Shown in pieces: positions 26,936 to 38,710 of a stretch of 64,000 bases of DNA. A model generated the notes under the pieces. That model saw only the letters and a list, made by a program, of their open reading frames with translations, had not been told where the DNA came from and ran no database searches. A program made the position numbers and the translations under genes. The stretch lies in NCBI RefSeq assembly GCF_018977255.1, contig NW_024704742.1, forward strand, positions 58,964,001-59,028,000, given 5' to 3'. Every line of letters starts with the position of its first letter. Within the stretch, counting starts at the first letter, position 1. The stretch is from Callorhinchus milii. Taxonomy: Eukaryota.

Positions 26936-27829
26936 TATTCAGTACTTTGCCTCATGGTCTGAGTTACATCTGGTTTAAATGTTTTCAATAGAATAATAGC
27001 AAATTACAACCTATTATGTGATGGCATTTAGTATGAAAAAAATCTTCATTTGGACCACAATAAAAGGAAGGCAAATAGCTAGAAAGAGTCTTTTTTGATA
27101 TTGCGTTTTCCTGTGTTGCTATGAGACAGATCCCATTGAAACAGTATAGAAATGATTGTGGTGGGGGGAGGAGGGTGTGGTGGGGGGGCGTGGTGTCAGA
27201 ACCAGAAGAAGTTTGGACACTGGCAAAAATGAAGACTTTTATCATTACATTTCTCTCCCTTCATTTCCTCAATCCATTCCATTATATAAATAGTGTGGGT
27301 TGCACAACGGGGCAGAGGAACGTACAGTACTCTAATCGATAGAAAAGACATCAGATGTTCTTTGGCTTCCATAATGGAACAATGAGAACATTTTGACTTC
27401 ATTCACTAATATAATAAAGAACTATAAATCATGTGAGTTGCAACCAAGGTTTTGGTGCAACAGAGGATGTTGCTGTGTGAGCATCACTGGACTAGCAGCC
27501 TCAGTAGACTCCTGCAAGTCTCCACCTGTCACCATTGGATATGGCCAGCAGTAAAATATCACAAAACTGTATTTGTAATCTCTTATCAAAGTAATTGCAT
27601 TTGCTGGCCACAATGTAAAGCACGGCTTTACATAATCTAAGCATGTATCCATTTGCCAATGCTCCAAAGGTCATGAGCTTCACGGGTCATCTCCCCTGGG
27701 AGCAGGATTAATGAGAGTTACACAGCACACATTCCATTCAGCAGTTGCCACAACTGGAAGTTTGCATTTCTCTGCATCTACTATGCACTGAATTTGTGAT
27801 TTACTGATATGACAACCTAAAAAGAAAAA

Positions 27830-28220
27830 AAAACTTGCATTATGTTTTGTACCTTATATTAAAATGTCTCAAAATGCTTCATAGTTAATTGCTGCCAAGT
27901 GTGAGAGCTGTTTTTGTAGGTAAACATGGCATCCATTTACATCAGCAAGATCCAACAAACACAAACCTGAGGTGAATGATCAATTAATCTGGAAGACTGT
28001 CATTTAGGAGAATCTCCCTTCTCTTTTGGAATACAATCATGGGATCTGTAAGGTCCACCTGAACAGGCAGGCGGAACCTTGGCTTAATATCTTGCCTGAC
28101 GGTTGGCACTTCTGACATTGCTGCACTCCTGTATTACTGCACTGGGGTGTCAGCCTACACTGACTTTGAGTTCCAACATTAAATTTACAATCTTCTGTTC
28201 TAGAAATGAGAGTGCTATCA
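27830..28220 (-). mobile_element. Old near-full-length DeuSINE
   Basis: Tail, GGGATCT..GTCCACCTGAACAGGCAG body and head remnant in the expected order. Confidence 0.78.
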
Positions 28221-28296
28221 AAGGAATCAAACCGACAAAACATAAATTTGCTATGCAATCCTTTTCAAACTCTGGTGCTCTTTAGCACAAGAACAA

Positions 28297-28845
28297 CAAT
28301 AATAACAACAAATTACATTTGTATAGCGCCTTTCATGTCAAGAGGATGTATCAAGACCCTGGACAGTCAGGGATCCAGACCCGAGCTGCTGGTTGAGATT
28401 AGGAGGGGTGAGAGCCGGGAGGGTAGGAGGGTGACCAAAGGCACGGTAAAAAAGGAGGGTCTTGAGACTGGTCTTGAAGGAGGCAAGGGAGGGAGTGAGG
28501 CTGAGGGACTGTAGGATGGAGTTCCAGAGGGTGGGGGCAGAGAGGCTGAAGGCCCGCCTACCAATGGTGGAGTGGGCAACGCTGGGTACGTGAAGCCGGC
28601 CGGAGCCCGCTGAGCGGAGAAAGTGGACAGTTTGGCAGGGAGTTAGGAGGTCACAGAGGTAGGGAGGAGCAAGACCATGGAGGGCTTTGAAGGTGAGAAC
28701 CAGGATTTTGAACTGTATCCCCTGAGTGATGGGAAGCCAGTGGAGTCGAGTGAAGATGGGGTTGATAGGGTCACGGAGTCTGGTGCGGGAGAGGACGTGG
28801 GCTCCAGAGTTCTGGATGATCTGCAGCCGGTGGAGGGAGTGGTGG
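28297..28845 (-). mobile_element. L2 LINE 3' fragment with TSD AGAACAA
   Basis: Colinear with 5260-5780; AGAACAA at 28290-28296 and 28846-28852. Confidence 0.93.
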
Positions 28846-30238
28846 AGAACAAATATTTTGCTTCGCTCTTCAAATCATAGTAATCTCTCTCAGCTCCAAA
28901 ACCCTTCTTAGCTAATTGCGTTCTCTGGTATACTGAAATTGCGATCAGTTCTACTGAATGAACTTTTCAAATGAACATGACTCAGCTGTCTTTGCTATTC
29001 AGTTACAAAGAATCAAATGGATCATTTACCTGGCAACACACTTTAAATGCTACCGTGTTACATTAGGAACTATACTCACGCTGTACTGTACCAGATCAAA
29101 GGATGTTTATAACAATTTGGGTAAAGAAATACCTTCTAAATGCATGTGTAAGAAACTCAGTCTGGAGAATTCTTATCTACAATATTCAGTTACCTGCTAG
29201 AAATCCTTTTAAACCAGTTACTTAATTAGACTTCCTCTGATGAGTGAAATGGCCAGCTGTAAGTCAATACAGGTGGACATTCTGCTCTCCTCCTTTCTAA
29301 CTTGTGTAGACAGGCCATTTAATTCTTGTCCTGATATCACAAGTGCCCAAGATGTGGGTAAGTGCCTTGGAACTTAGTTGTTTCCGTTATTGTCTGGAAA
29401 TATATACAGAGCAAAAACTATTTTGATTTGGCTTAAACTTGAAAAAAAAACTTAAAAATGCTTTATTCTCAAATATTTTGTTCACACTTTAAGCCCGTTC
29501 CATTCTGGACACGAGCAAAAGCATCAATGTAATCCGGATGTCCAACAATTCAGAATTACCAACATGTTTCTTTCAGTTGTAATAAATTCAGGTGAAATCA
29601 AAATATGTTTCTGGGTTTCCCGAGGGACAACAATATTGGTGACTGTAATGGATGTTACATATCTGCTGATGCTGCAGTGATTCTAGTGATTCCAGTGATT
29701 CCCTCCTGCTGCACTTGTCAGTGCAGTGTGGGAGGGAGTGGGGTGGGTGAGGGGGGAATCACTGCAGACATCAACGAATGTAATATAAGCCTTGTCCCCT
29801 TCAGGATACTTTAACACAATCAATATAATGCAGCCTCTACTGACATTTTCCTTCTGATGAACTTTCCTTTGAAATGTTAGCGGAGTCACAATATATTGAT
29901 TTATATTCACTTCTCAACCAGAATAATTAAAGGGAGATATTTATTTATTTAATGTAATTCAGACACCTTGAAACATACTTCTGATGATGGGATTTCAAAT
30001 GGCCTGGTTGCTTGCAATAATTGTGTGATAAGCAAACACTAATTGTTAGTCTTAAGATGCAATTAAGTGCAAAATATCATTCGGTTTTGTTCAGGAGGGG
30101 AATAAATAAAGGATTCCATACACGAAGAAATGGAGGGTGGGAGAATTATGTTATTCCTAACCACATTCAATTGCTTAATTAAAACCAGGGATAATTTGCT
30201 TAATTAAGACAGGGATAATAAAAAGAATTAACATTTAT

Positions 30239-32275
30239 ATCATGGAATCATAGAATTATACAGCACAGAAGGAGGCCATTCAGCCCATCATATCAGTGCT
30301 GCCTCTTTGAAAAGAGATATTCAAATCAATCCCACTCCTCCGCTCTCTTCCCATAGCCCTGCAAACCCATCCTGCCCAAATAACCATCCACTTCACTCTT
30401 AAAAGTTGCTATCGAATCGGCTTCCACCACACTTTCAGGCAATACATTAGAGATCCGAACAATCTGCTGTGCGAAAAAATTTCTCCTCATTTCCCCTCTG
30501 ATTCTTTTAACAATTATTTTAAATCGGTGTCCTCAGGTTACCGACCCACCCGCAAATGGAAATAGTTTCTCCTTGTTCACCCTATCAAATCCTCTCAGAA
30601 ATTTGAAAACTTCTATTAAGTCTCCTCTTAACCTTCTCTGCTCCCAGGAGAATAACCCTAGCTTCTCCAGCCTCTACTCGTAACTGAAGTCCCTCATTCC
30701 TGGTACCATTCTGGCAAATCTCCTTTGCACCCTTCAATGCCTTGACATCCTTCTTAAAGTGTGGTGGCCAGAACTGAACAGTCTCTAGCTGAGGGCTAAC
30801 CAGTGTTTTATAGAGGTTCATCATAACTTCCTGATTTGCATTCTATGCTCCTACTTATTAAGCCTAGCATTCCGTATGCTTTTTAAACTTCTTTATCTGC
30901 CTGTCCTGCCACCTTCAAAGATTTACTTATATGAACCCCCAGATCTCTCTATTCCTTCACCCACTTCAAGATTGTACCATTTAGTTTATATTGTCTTTCC
31001 TCATTCTTCCTCCCAAAATGCATCACTTCGCATTTCTCCACATTAAACTTCATCTGCCACGTGTCTGCCCATGTTGCCAGTCTGTCTATGTTCTCTTGCA
31101 GTCTGCTACTATCCTCCTCACTGTTTACTACGTTTCCTAGCATAGGAACATCTGCAAACTTGGAAATTGTACTCCCTATACCAAGTCCACGTCATTTATA
31201 TAGATCAAAAACAGCAGTGGTCCCAATACTGACCCTGGGGGACACCACTGCACACTTCTCTCCAGTCAGAAAAACAACCATTCACCACCACTCTCTGCTT
31301 TGTGTCTCTCAGCCGGTTCTGTATCCATGCTGTCACTATCCCTTCAATACCATGGTCTTCTATTTTGCTTACAAGTCTCTTATGTGGCACTTTATCAAAC
31401 GCCCTTTGAAAATCCAAAGAAACTACATCAACTGCACTACCTTCATCCAATCTCCCTGTTACTTTTACTTCATCAAAAAATTCTATCAGGTTTGTTAGAC
31501 ATAATTTGCCTTTAACAAATCCGTGTTGGCTGTCCTTTATTAACCCATATTCTTCTAAGTGAAAATGTATTTTGTTCTGGATTATCATCTCCAGAAGTTT
31601 CTCCACTACTGACTGGCCTGTAATTCCCAGGTTTATCCTTCTCCCACTTTTTGTACAGAGGAGTAACATTTGTAACCATTCAGTCCTCTGGCACCACCCT
31701 AGTGTCCAAGGAGGATTGAAAGATTTTGGCCAGAGCCCCGTTATTTCCACACTTACTTCCCTCAGTAACCGAGGATGCATCCCGTCTGGACTGGATGACT
31801 TATCTACCTTGGAGTCCTGTAGCTCAGTGGTTAGAGCACTCGCTTTGCAAGTGAAAGACCTGAGTTCAATTCCAGGCAGGGCGAAACCTTGGGCAAGTTT
31901 CCTTACTCGACACAGAGCCTAATAATAATCCCTCCAAAACCAAAAACAATAATAAATTGGTCATATTCAATCTACGACTGTTTGTGGGACATTGCTGTGC
32001 GCAATTGGCTGCCGCGTTCGCCCACAAATATCCACTCAATTCACTTTACAGTGTGTTCTGTGAAGCGCTTTGGGACGTCCTCCTGACGTGAAAAGCGCTA
32101 TATCAAATGCAAGGATTATTATTATTATTACCTTGAGCATCGTCAACCGTTTTAGTACCTCCTCTCGTTTTTTTCTTATTTTATCCAATTTCTCTACCTT
32201 CTCTGATACTGTTGCATTGGCTGCATCCTCTTCTTTTGTGAAGACAGATGCAAAGTATTCATTCAGTACGTTAGT
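30239..32275 (-). mobile_element. CR1 LINE 3' portion (RT domain), split by a SINE
   Basis: MHPRLLRE, SQHGFVKG, LDFQRAFDKVPH, SGVPQG, WQMKFNVEKC; octamer tail. Confidence 0.96.
31811..32130 (+). mobile_element. Young full-length tRNA-derived SINE nested in CR1
   Basis: A and B boxes, (ATT)n tail, TSD TACCTTG at 31805-31811 and 32129-32135. Confidence 0.97.
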
Positions 32276-32399
32276 TAGCCTTTCACGTCGGGAGGACATC
32301 TCAAAACACTTTACACTGCTGGCTAGGCACCCCCACTGCAGAGTGAGGGCTGAAGAGGATGGGGAGGGAAAAGATCACAAGATCAATTTGGATGAAGAA

Positions 32400-32940
32400 G
32401 ATGCTTTGGCCCACCTCATCTCATCCCTCGGGAACAGCCACCCATGTTCGCCCATTACAACATTTAGATGAGCCCAGTGTCCTGGCCTCAACCATCTTTC
32501 CTATCAAACTGTTCCAATCACTGATTACCCTCTGAGTAAAGAAAAGTTTCCTGGTGTTATTCCTGAAATTGCCCTTTACAAATCAAAACCTATGTCCTCC
32601 TTTTCTTCTTCTGTGTAGTTGATTCCTAAAGTATTGCACTGGGTTTACTATTTCAATCCCATCAAACATTTTATACACCTCTGAGTCATGTTCTCTCAAA
32701 ATTGAAGAGCTCCAGCTTGTCTAATTGTTGTTCATAGCTGATTACTCTAAAGCTGGGGATCATCCTCGTTGCTCTCCTCTGCAGCTGCCTCTAGGGCCTG
32801 GGGCAACCTTATATCAAGGTAACCAGAACCGCATGTAATATTCAGAGTGCAGCCTGGCACTGTACAGCCGGAGAATGATGTCTGGGAAGCTTAACTCAAA
32901 TTATTTAGAATATAGCCCAACATCTGGATTAAGCTGCTGG
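32400..32940 (-). mobile_element. Old CR1 3' fragment
   Basis: ACCCTCTGAGTAAAGAA, CTCGTTGCTCTCCTCTGCA and ACCAGAACCGCA resemble the minus-strand CR1 at 36600-37300. Confidence 0.6.
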
Positions 32941-32944
32941 CGTT

Positions 32945-33870
32945 GAGTAAGCCTAGTATGCACATTGGACTTGGACCTAGAGAACATCAAGGTGGCGAGC
33001 ATCTCACAAGGCCCTCCCACAACGCTGAAGGTAGATGCCCACCAGATAGCTGATGAGAAAACTCTGAGTCTTCAGGCGACAGGTGCTGGAAGGCTTTACC
33101 TGGAGACTGCGATCATGAACGTGCATTTGTACATTCAGTGCCTGGAATCCACCTTGATTGGTTTGGTGAGAGGAAACCAGCTGCTGACTAAACTCCAAAT
33201 GTTGGAACTGTCTCTCAATGGGAAGGGATGTGTGAGGGCTCAATCCCGTGCTTATCGGATGACCATCCTCCTGTGGGGGAAGTAAGTGGGGTCTCCTTGG
33301 AGCTGAACTGGATCCACGTTGACATATTTACCAATGGAAAGTCGGAATCGAGCCAGCCTTCTGTTGTGGTCTTGGTAGTCCCGTCCGTGAGCCAGGTGGG
33401 TCCGTAATATTCCAGGGTATTGCTGATGACAGCACGGCCAGCCTGGCTCATTGGCAGGACCTGGAAGCGCAGATCACTGGGGCAGGAAGTCTTCCACTCA
33501 GCTTCTGTTAACCCTCCAAGTCCTGACTTTTAGAATGTTCCTAGCCTGGACAAGCAGTGGAAAAGCTTGCCAAACAGTGATATCAATGGCAAGCAATGCG
33601 GTTTTAGCTGGTTAGACTCCAGCAGTACCCCAACGCACACTCTGGGGTCTCCAAGACCTGTCTCATGCCGCGCCTAATACATTCTGGTGAGAACACATTA
33701 GGTGAGCAGGATGGGTCCCTCATGGGAGAAAGTGCGCATTCCATTCCAACAACCTATCTCTGGGATTTCTATGTGTAGATGAAATGCATGGAATTCTCAG
33801 TTTGGTTTGGATACTCTTAAGCATGGTGATGGCTTCTGCATGTGCCAGACACACGCTGACCACAAAAAAA
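32945..33870. repeat. Unclassified interspersed repeat 'family X', copy A
   Basis: 33275-33870 aligns by eye with 45697-46212, with 57960-58199 and with the reverse complement of 49163-49985; left boundary inferred. Confidence 0.8.
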
Positions 33871-33994
33871 CACTCTATTACAAGACCCACTAGCTATCTG
33901 TAGAAAACAGCAAGTTAAAAGTCCAGTTGACATAAAACTTTGCAGACACTCTTCCTGCCATTTAATCCACAGTATCTTAAGTTACAATGCTCCC

Positions 33995-35443
33995 TTTTTT
34001 TTTGAAAATATGTATATATTTATAAATATAATATTGAGTAGAACAGAAATCCAAAACAAACACATCTTCGGTTACAACTTTTTTTCTTTTCTCGCGATAT
34101 AAAAACATTTTGTTGTTTACGGAACATTCTTTCACCGTGTTTTTTGGGACTCTCCCTTTAACACAGTCGGGAGTCGCTCCTGTGTGCACCACACCCATGT
34201 GCGCACCTGCACACACCCTGATAAGGTGCACTTGCCGCTTTGGAAAGTGCCCCAATGTGCACCATGCGTGCACATGCTTACCATACATATATTTTCGTGA
34301 TGCTCTTTGGTTACATCTCGAGCATCCTTCTGCACCCTTACTTCAGTCAGTTTTGGGTGCCCTCATGGGGTACCCGGTGGGTGTGCCCTGAGCGGGATTG
34401 TGCCGGAGCGGCTCCTGCCGGAGTCAGGCTCCATCTGGCATTTGCTGTGGTTGAGCCAAACTTCAGCTTGTCCCTCAGTATATAGTCCCTGATTCTAGCG
34501 TGCATGAGCCTGAGGCAGGCCCTCACTGTATCCTTGTTCTGCCAGAAGAACACCTGGCTTTGGCAATGCCAAAGGACCTCCTCTACCAAGTTTATGATCC
34601 TCCAGGCACACTTGATGTGGGTTTCGCAGTGACTGCCCGGGAACAGGCCGTCCCCAGGGACGAACCACGAGAGAATCCATTCCATCTTTTTCTAAGCCGC
34701 CTTTGTGTAACAACACTCCAGGAAGAGGTGGTCCCTGGTCTCCTGACCTTTGCAGTCAGCCCGAGGGCAACGCACTGATTGGCCCAGACATCGACTGTGC
34801 ATGAAAGCCCTGAGGGGGGTGGTCCCCTTTTATTGCCAGCCAGGCCATGTCCTGATGGTCGTTGGTCAGGGCCGGTGACAAGGTGTTTTGCCAGACATAG
34901 CTGGCTGTCGCCTCAGGGTAACCCCCCAATCGGGTCTGCCCTCTCCCCCTTCCAAAATGTTTCAACTATATGCCACGCGGACCACTCGGGGAATGCCAGG
35001 GATGGTGTTCTTCAGGAATTTCTCAACATAGGATAGGTGGTTTGGTACGCTCCAACTGTGTGGAACGATTCGTGGCAGTTCTGCCAGAGCCCCTTCTTAG
35101 CACCGGGTACAGGTAGAAACCCAGCAAGTAGCGGCATTTTTTGGCGGTGTAGAGGGGCTCCAGGCACAGCTTCAGGCAGCTACACACAAAAGTGGCCATG
35201 AGGATCAGGGCTACATTGGGGACCCCTTTCCCCCCCTTTTCCCGGGTTCTGTGCACCATGTTTCTGCGGACACGATCCATCTTGGACCCCCAGATCAGTG
35301 GGAAGACCTCGCTGGTGACTGCAGTGGCATTGGTCCTGGTCAAAGGCCAGACCTGGGCCACGTACAGTAACACCAAGAGGGCCTCACACTTCATCACAAG
35401 ATTTTTTCCAGTGATGGACAGCAAGCGCTTTCACCACATTACC
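33995..35443 (-). mobile_element. 5'-truncated Tx1/L1-clade LINE with poly(A) end and 15-bp TSD
   Basis: LSITGKNLVMK, LIWGSKMDRV, GGKGVPN post-RT motifs; Cys-containing ET..HLFLEC zinc-knuckle region; A8 end; AGTTACAATGCTCCC at 33980-33994 and 35444-35458. Confidence 0.93.
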
Positions 35444-36384
35444 AGTTACAATGCTCCCCTCAAGCAGGAAAAAGGTTGTTAAACTCTTCTAACTTTGTTA
35501 AACTGGACTTGCCAGTCATCTATTATAGCAGCTCACTTTAATGTAATAATAGATCCTGGCACTTCAGTTTCATTCTCCAGAACATAGCAAGCAGAACATT
35601 CTTGAATAGACAAGTCAAGGCAAAGCAATTAAATGCACACATTATGCAGATGAACATAAACATTTTCCCCGCAGAAGAAAGTCATTCAGCCCATCATTTC
35701 TGTGCTATGAACTTCATTCAATGTTTATAACAAACTGCACGTGAGTAAAAGAGCATTTCTGAATTGTATTACAAGCTGGTTGAGTGGACTGCATTGAGAA
35801 GGCACTTTCACTAGGGGTGCTATCCCGGGATTTGGGGAGCACCATTACTCTACAATGGTTCTCTCGAAATCCAACCACTTACTTTCCCATGGGTCATTTC
35901 CAGAGAGACAGAGTCCAATATCATTTAACACATTCAGACAAGGCAAACACCTTAATCGACATTAAATTTCAGTAGATGTATACACAAGAATTTACACATA
36001 AAATAATCTACTTTCGATACATGCAAATTGTTGGCTTTGACAGGGTTAAGTAGAAAATGTACATAGGGTAGCTCCAAACTGTTTCAGAACATTTTCAATT
36101 GGCAAGAAAACATTCTTCTTACAGTGACAAACCTTAACTGTTGCCACCAAAAATGAGGGAAAGTAAAATAAAAAATCAGCGATATTTTTGAATAAAAATA
36201 GTCATCTTCATGTTCATTAGAAGTAACAAGTAGTGCAATTTTAGTAAATAAGTGCGTGCAAATATGATAAGTGATATTGACTTTTTCACCCCAAAGTTGA
36301 ATTGTTTTTACTGCTTTTATTATATTTTACTAGAATCAATTACAACAAAGACTTGAGTGGTGTGACTTGAGACTCCAGGGGTTA

Positions 36385-38268
36385 GAACATAAGAACATAA
36401 GAATTAGGAGAAGGAGTAGGCCATTCGGCCCCTCCAGCCTGCCCCGCCATTCAATAAGATCATGGCTGATCTATTCTAACTCCACCTACCCGCCTTATCC
36501 CCATATCCCTTAATCCCTTTATCCACAAGAAATCTATCAATCTCAGTCTTGAATATGTTCAAGGACTGAGCATCTACAGCCCTTTGGGGTATAGAATTCC
36601 ATAAATTCACTACCCTCTGAGTGAAGAAGTTTTTCCTCAACTCAGTGCGAAAGGGCTTACCCCGAATTTTAAGACTGTGACCCCTGGTTATAGTTTCTCC
36701 AACCAGGGGAAAAAGTCTCCCACTATCTATTCTGTGGAGTCCTGTAGCTCAGTGGTTAGAGCACTCGCTTTGTAAGCGAGAGACCTGAGTTCAATTCCAG
36801 GCAGGGCGAAACCTTGGGCAAGTTTCCTTACTCCACACGCCTAATAATAATCCCTCCAAAACTAAAAACAATAATTAAATTGGTCATTTTCAATCTACGA
36901 CTGTTTGTGGGACATTGCTGTGCGCAATTGGCTGCCGCGTTCGCCCACAAATATACAGTCAATTTACTTTACAGTGTGTTCTGTGAAGCGCTTTGGGACG
37001 TCCTCCTGACGTGAAAAGCGCTATATCAAATGCAAGGATTATTATTATTATTATTCTGTCTTGTCCCTTAATAATCGTATAGGTTTCTATAAGATCACCT
37101 TTCATTCTTCTATATTCTAGAGAATATAGGCCTAAATTGCTCAACCTATCCTCATAACTCATCCCCCTCATCCCAGGTACCAACCTAGTGAATCTACGTT
37201 GTACCCCCTCCAAGGCGAGTACATCCTTTCTTAAATAAGGAGACCAAAACTGCACACAATACTCTAGGTGCGGTCTCACCAGGGCCCTGTACAGTTGCAG
37301 CAAGACTTCCCTATTATATTCTAACCCTTTTGTAACAATTGCCAATATACCATTAGCCTTCCTAATTGCAAATTAACTTTTTGTGACTGGTGTACAAGGA
37401 CATGCTAGTCCCTCTGAATGCTAACACTGTCTAGTCTCTCCCCATCTAAAAAATAATTTGCTCTACTGTTTTTGCCGCCTGGGTAGATGACCTCACACTT
37501 CCCTACATTATACTTCATCTGCCACCTATTTGCCCACTCCCCTAGCCTATCTATATCTCATTGCATTTTTTTAATGTAATCCTCTGCGTTTACTCTCCCT
37601 CCTAGTTTAGTGTCATCCGCGAATTTGGATATATTATGTTCGATGTCTTCATCTAGATCATTGATGTAGATTGTAAATAGTTGAGGCCCACGCACTGATC
37701 CTTGTGGCACTCCACTTGTCACATTCCGCCAATCTGAGAAGGACCATTTTATCCCTACTCTTTGTTTTCTTCCTGTTAGCCATTCTTCAATCCATGCTAA
37801 TATATTTCCCTTAATTCCATGGGCCCTAATCTTGTGGATCAACCTTTTATGCGGCACCTTATTGAATGCCTTTTGGAAATCTAAATGCACTACATCCACT
37901 GATTCCCCCTATCTAATCTACTTGATATGTCCTCAAAAAAATCAAAAAGATTTGTTAAGCATGATTTCCCTTTTTGTAAAGCCTCGTTGACTCTGTCTAA
38001 TCATATTGCGATCCTCTAAGTATCCCACTACGACATCCTTAATTAAGGATTCTAGAATTTACCCTACCTCCGATGTCAGACTGACTGGTCTATAGTTCCC
38101 CATCTTTTCTCTCCCACCCTTCTTAAATAGTGGTGTGATGTTTGCGATCTTCCAATCAATGGAACCATTCCAGAATCCAAAGAATTTTGAAAGATCAGAC
38201 ACAAGGCCTCCACTATCTCATGAGCTACCTCTTTTAAAACCCTAGGATGCAAACCATCAAGTCCAGGT
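36385..38268 (-). mobile_element. CR1 LINE 3' portion (second subfamily), split by a SINE
   Basis: [51 protein letters not shown] tail repeats. Confidence 0.96.
36736..37054 (+). mobile_element. Young full-length tRNA-derived SINE nested in CR1
   Basis: TSD TATTCTGT at 36728-36735 and 37052-37059. Confidence 0.97.
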
Positions 38269-38710
38269 TTATAAATCATTTGATCGAAGCATCAGCCTAC
38301 ACAGTTTCTGTTAGAGACAGATTTGAGTTCAGTCCTAAACATATCAGGCAATATAGGATGCGATGCTGGCTCAGTAACATTAATAAGGTAACTTTGCTTA
38401 ACTTTACTTTCATATGATTTTACAATTATCAACATTATAACGCATACCTCTCATTATGTGGGTCAAATCATACTATGGAATAGGGTTGATATTTGATAGA
38501 ACTAACCTTTGTGTCCTAGTCTTCCAGCTTCTGCTCAATTCAGCATGACAGTTCATACAATCTATTAGGTGTACGAGGTGTCAGCCTGGCATAGTAGATA
38601 GTAGATTGAGTGGATCTTCACTTAGCATTAGAAGCCTGGGGGTTTAAGCCTATGTAAGTCTTTGACCTCACAGTCCAAGTTGCTGGGGATGTGTTTCATT
38701 GTTGGAAGTG

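Noticed and set aside
31811..31885. tRNA-Ala gene call (also at the other five SINE heads)
   Set aside because: The sequence runs straight into the SINE body and tail, with TSDs and an imperfect acceptor stem.
33423..33429. CTGATGA hammerhead core conserved in family X copies A and B (45850-45856)
   Set aside because: No stem II followed by GAAA could be found in either copy.
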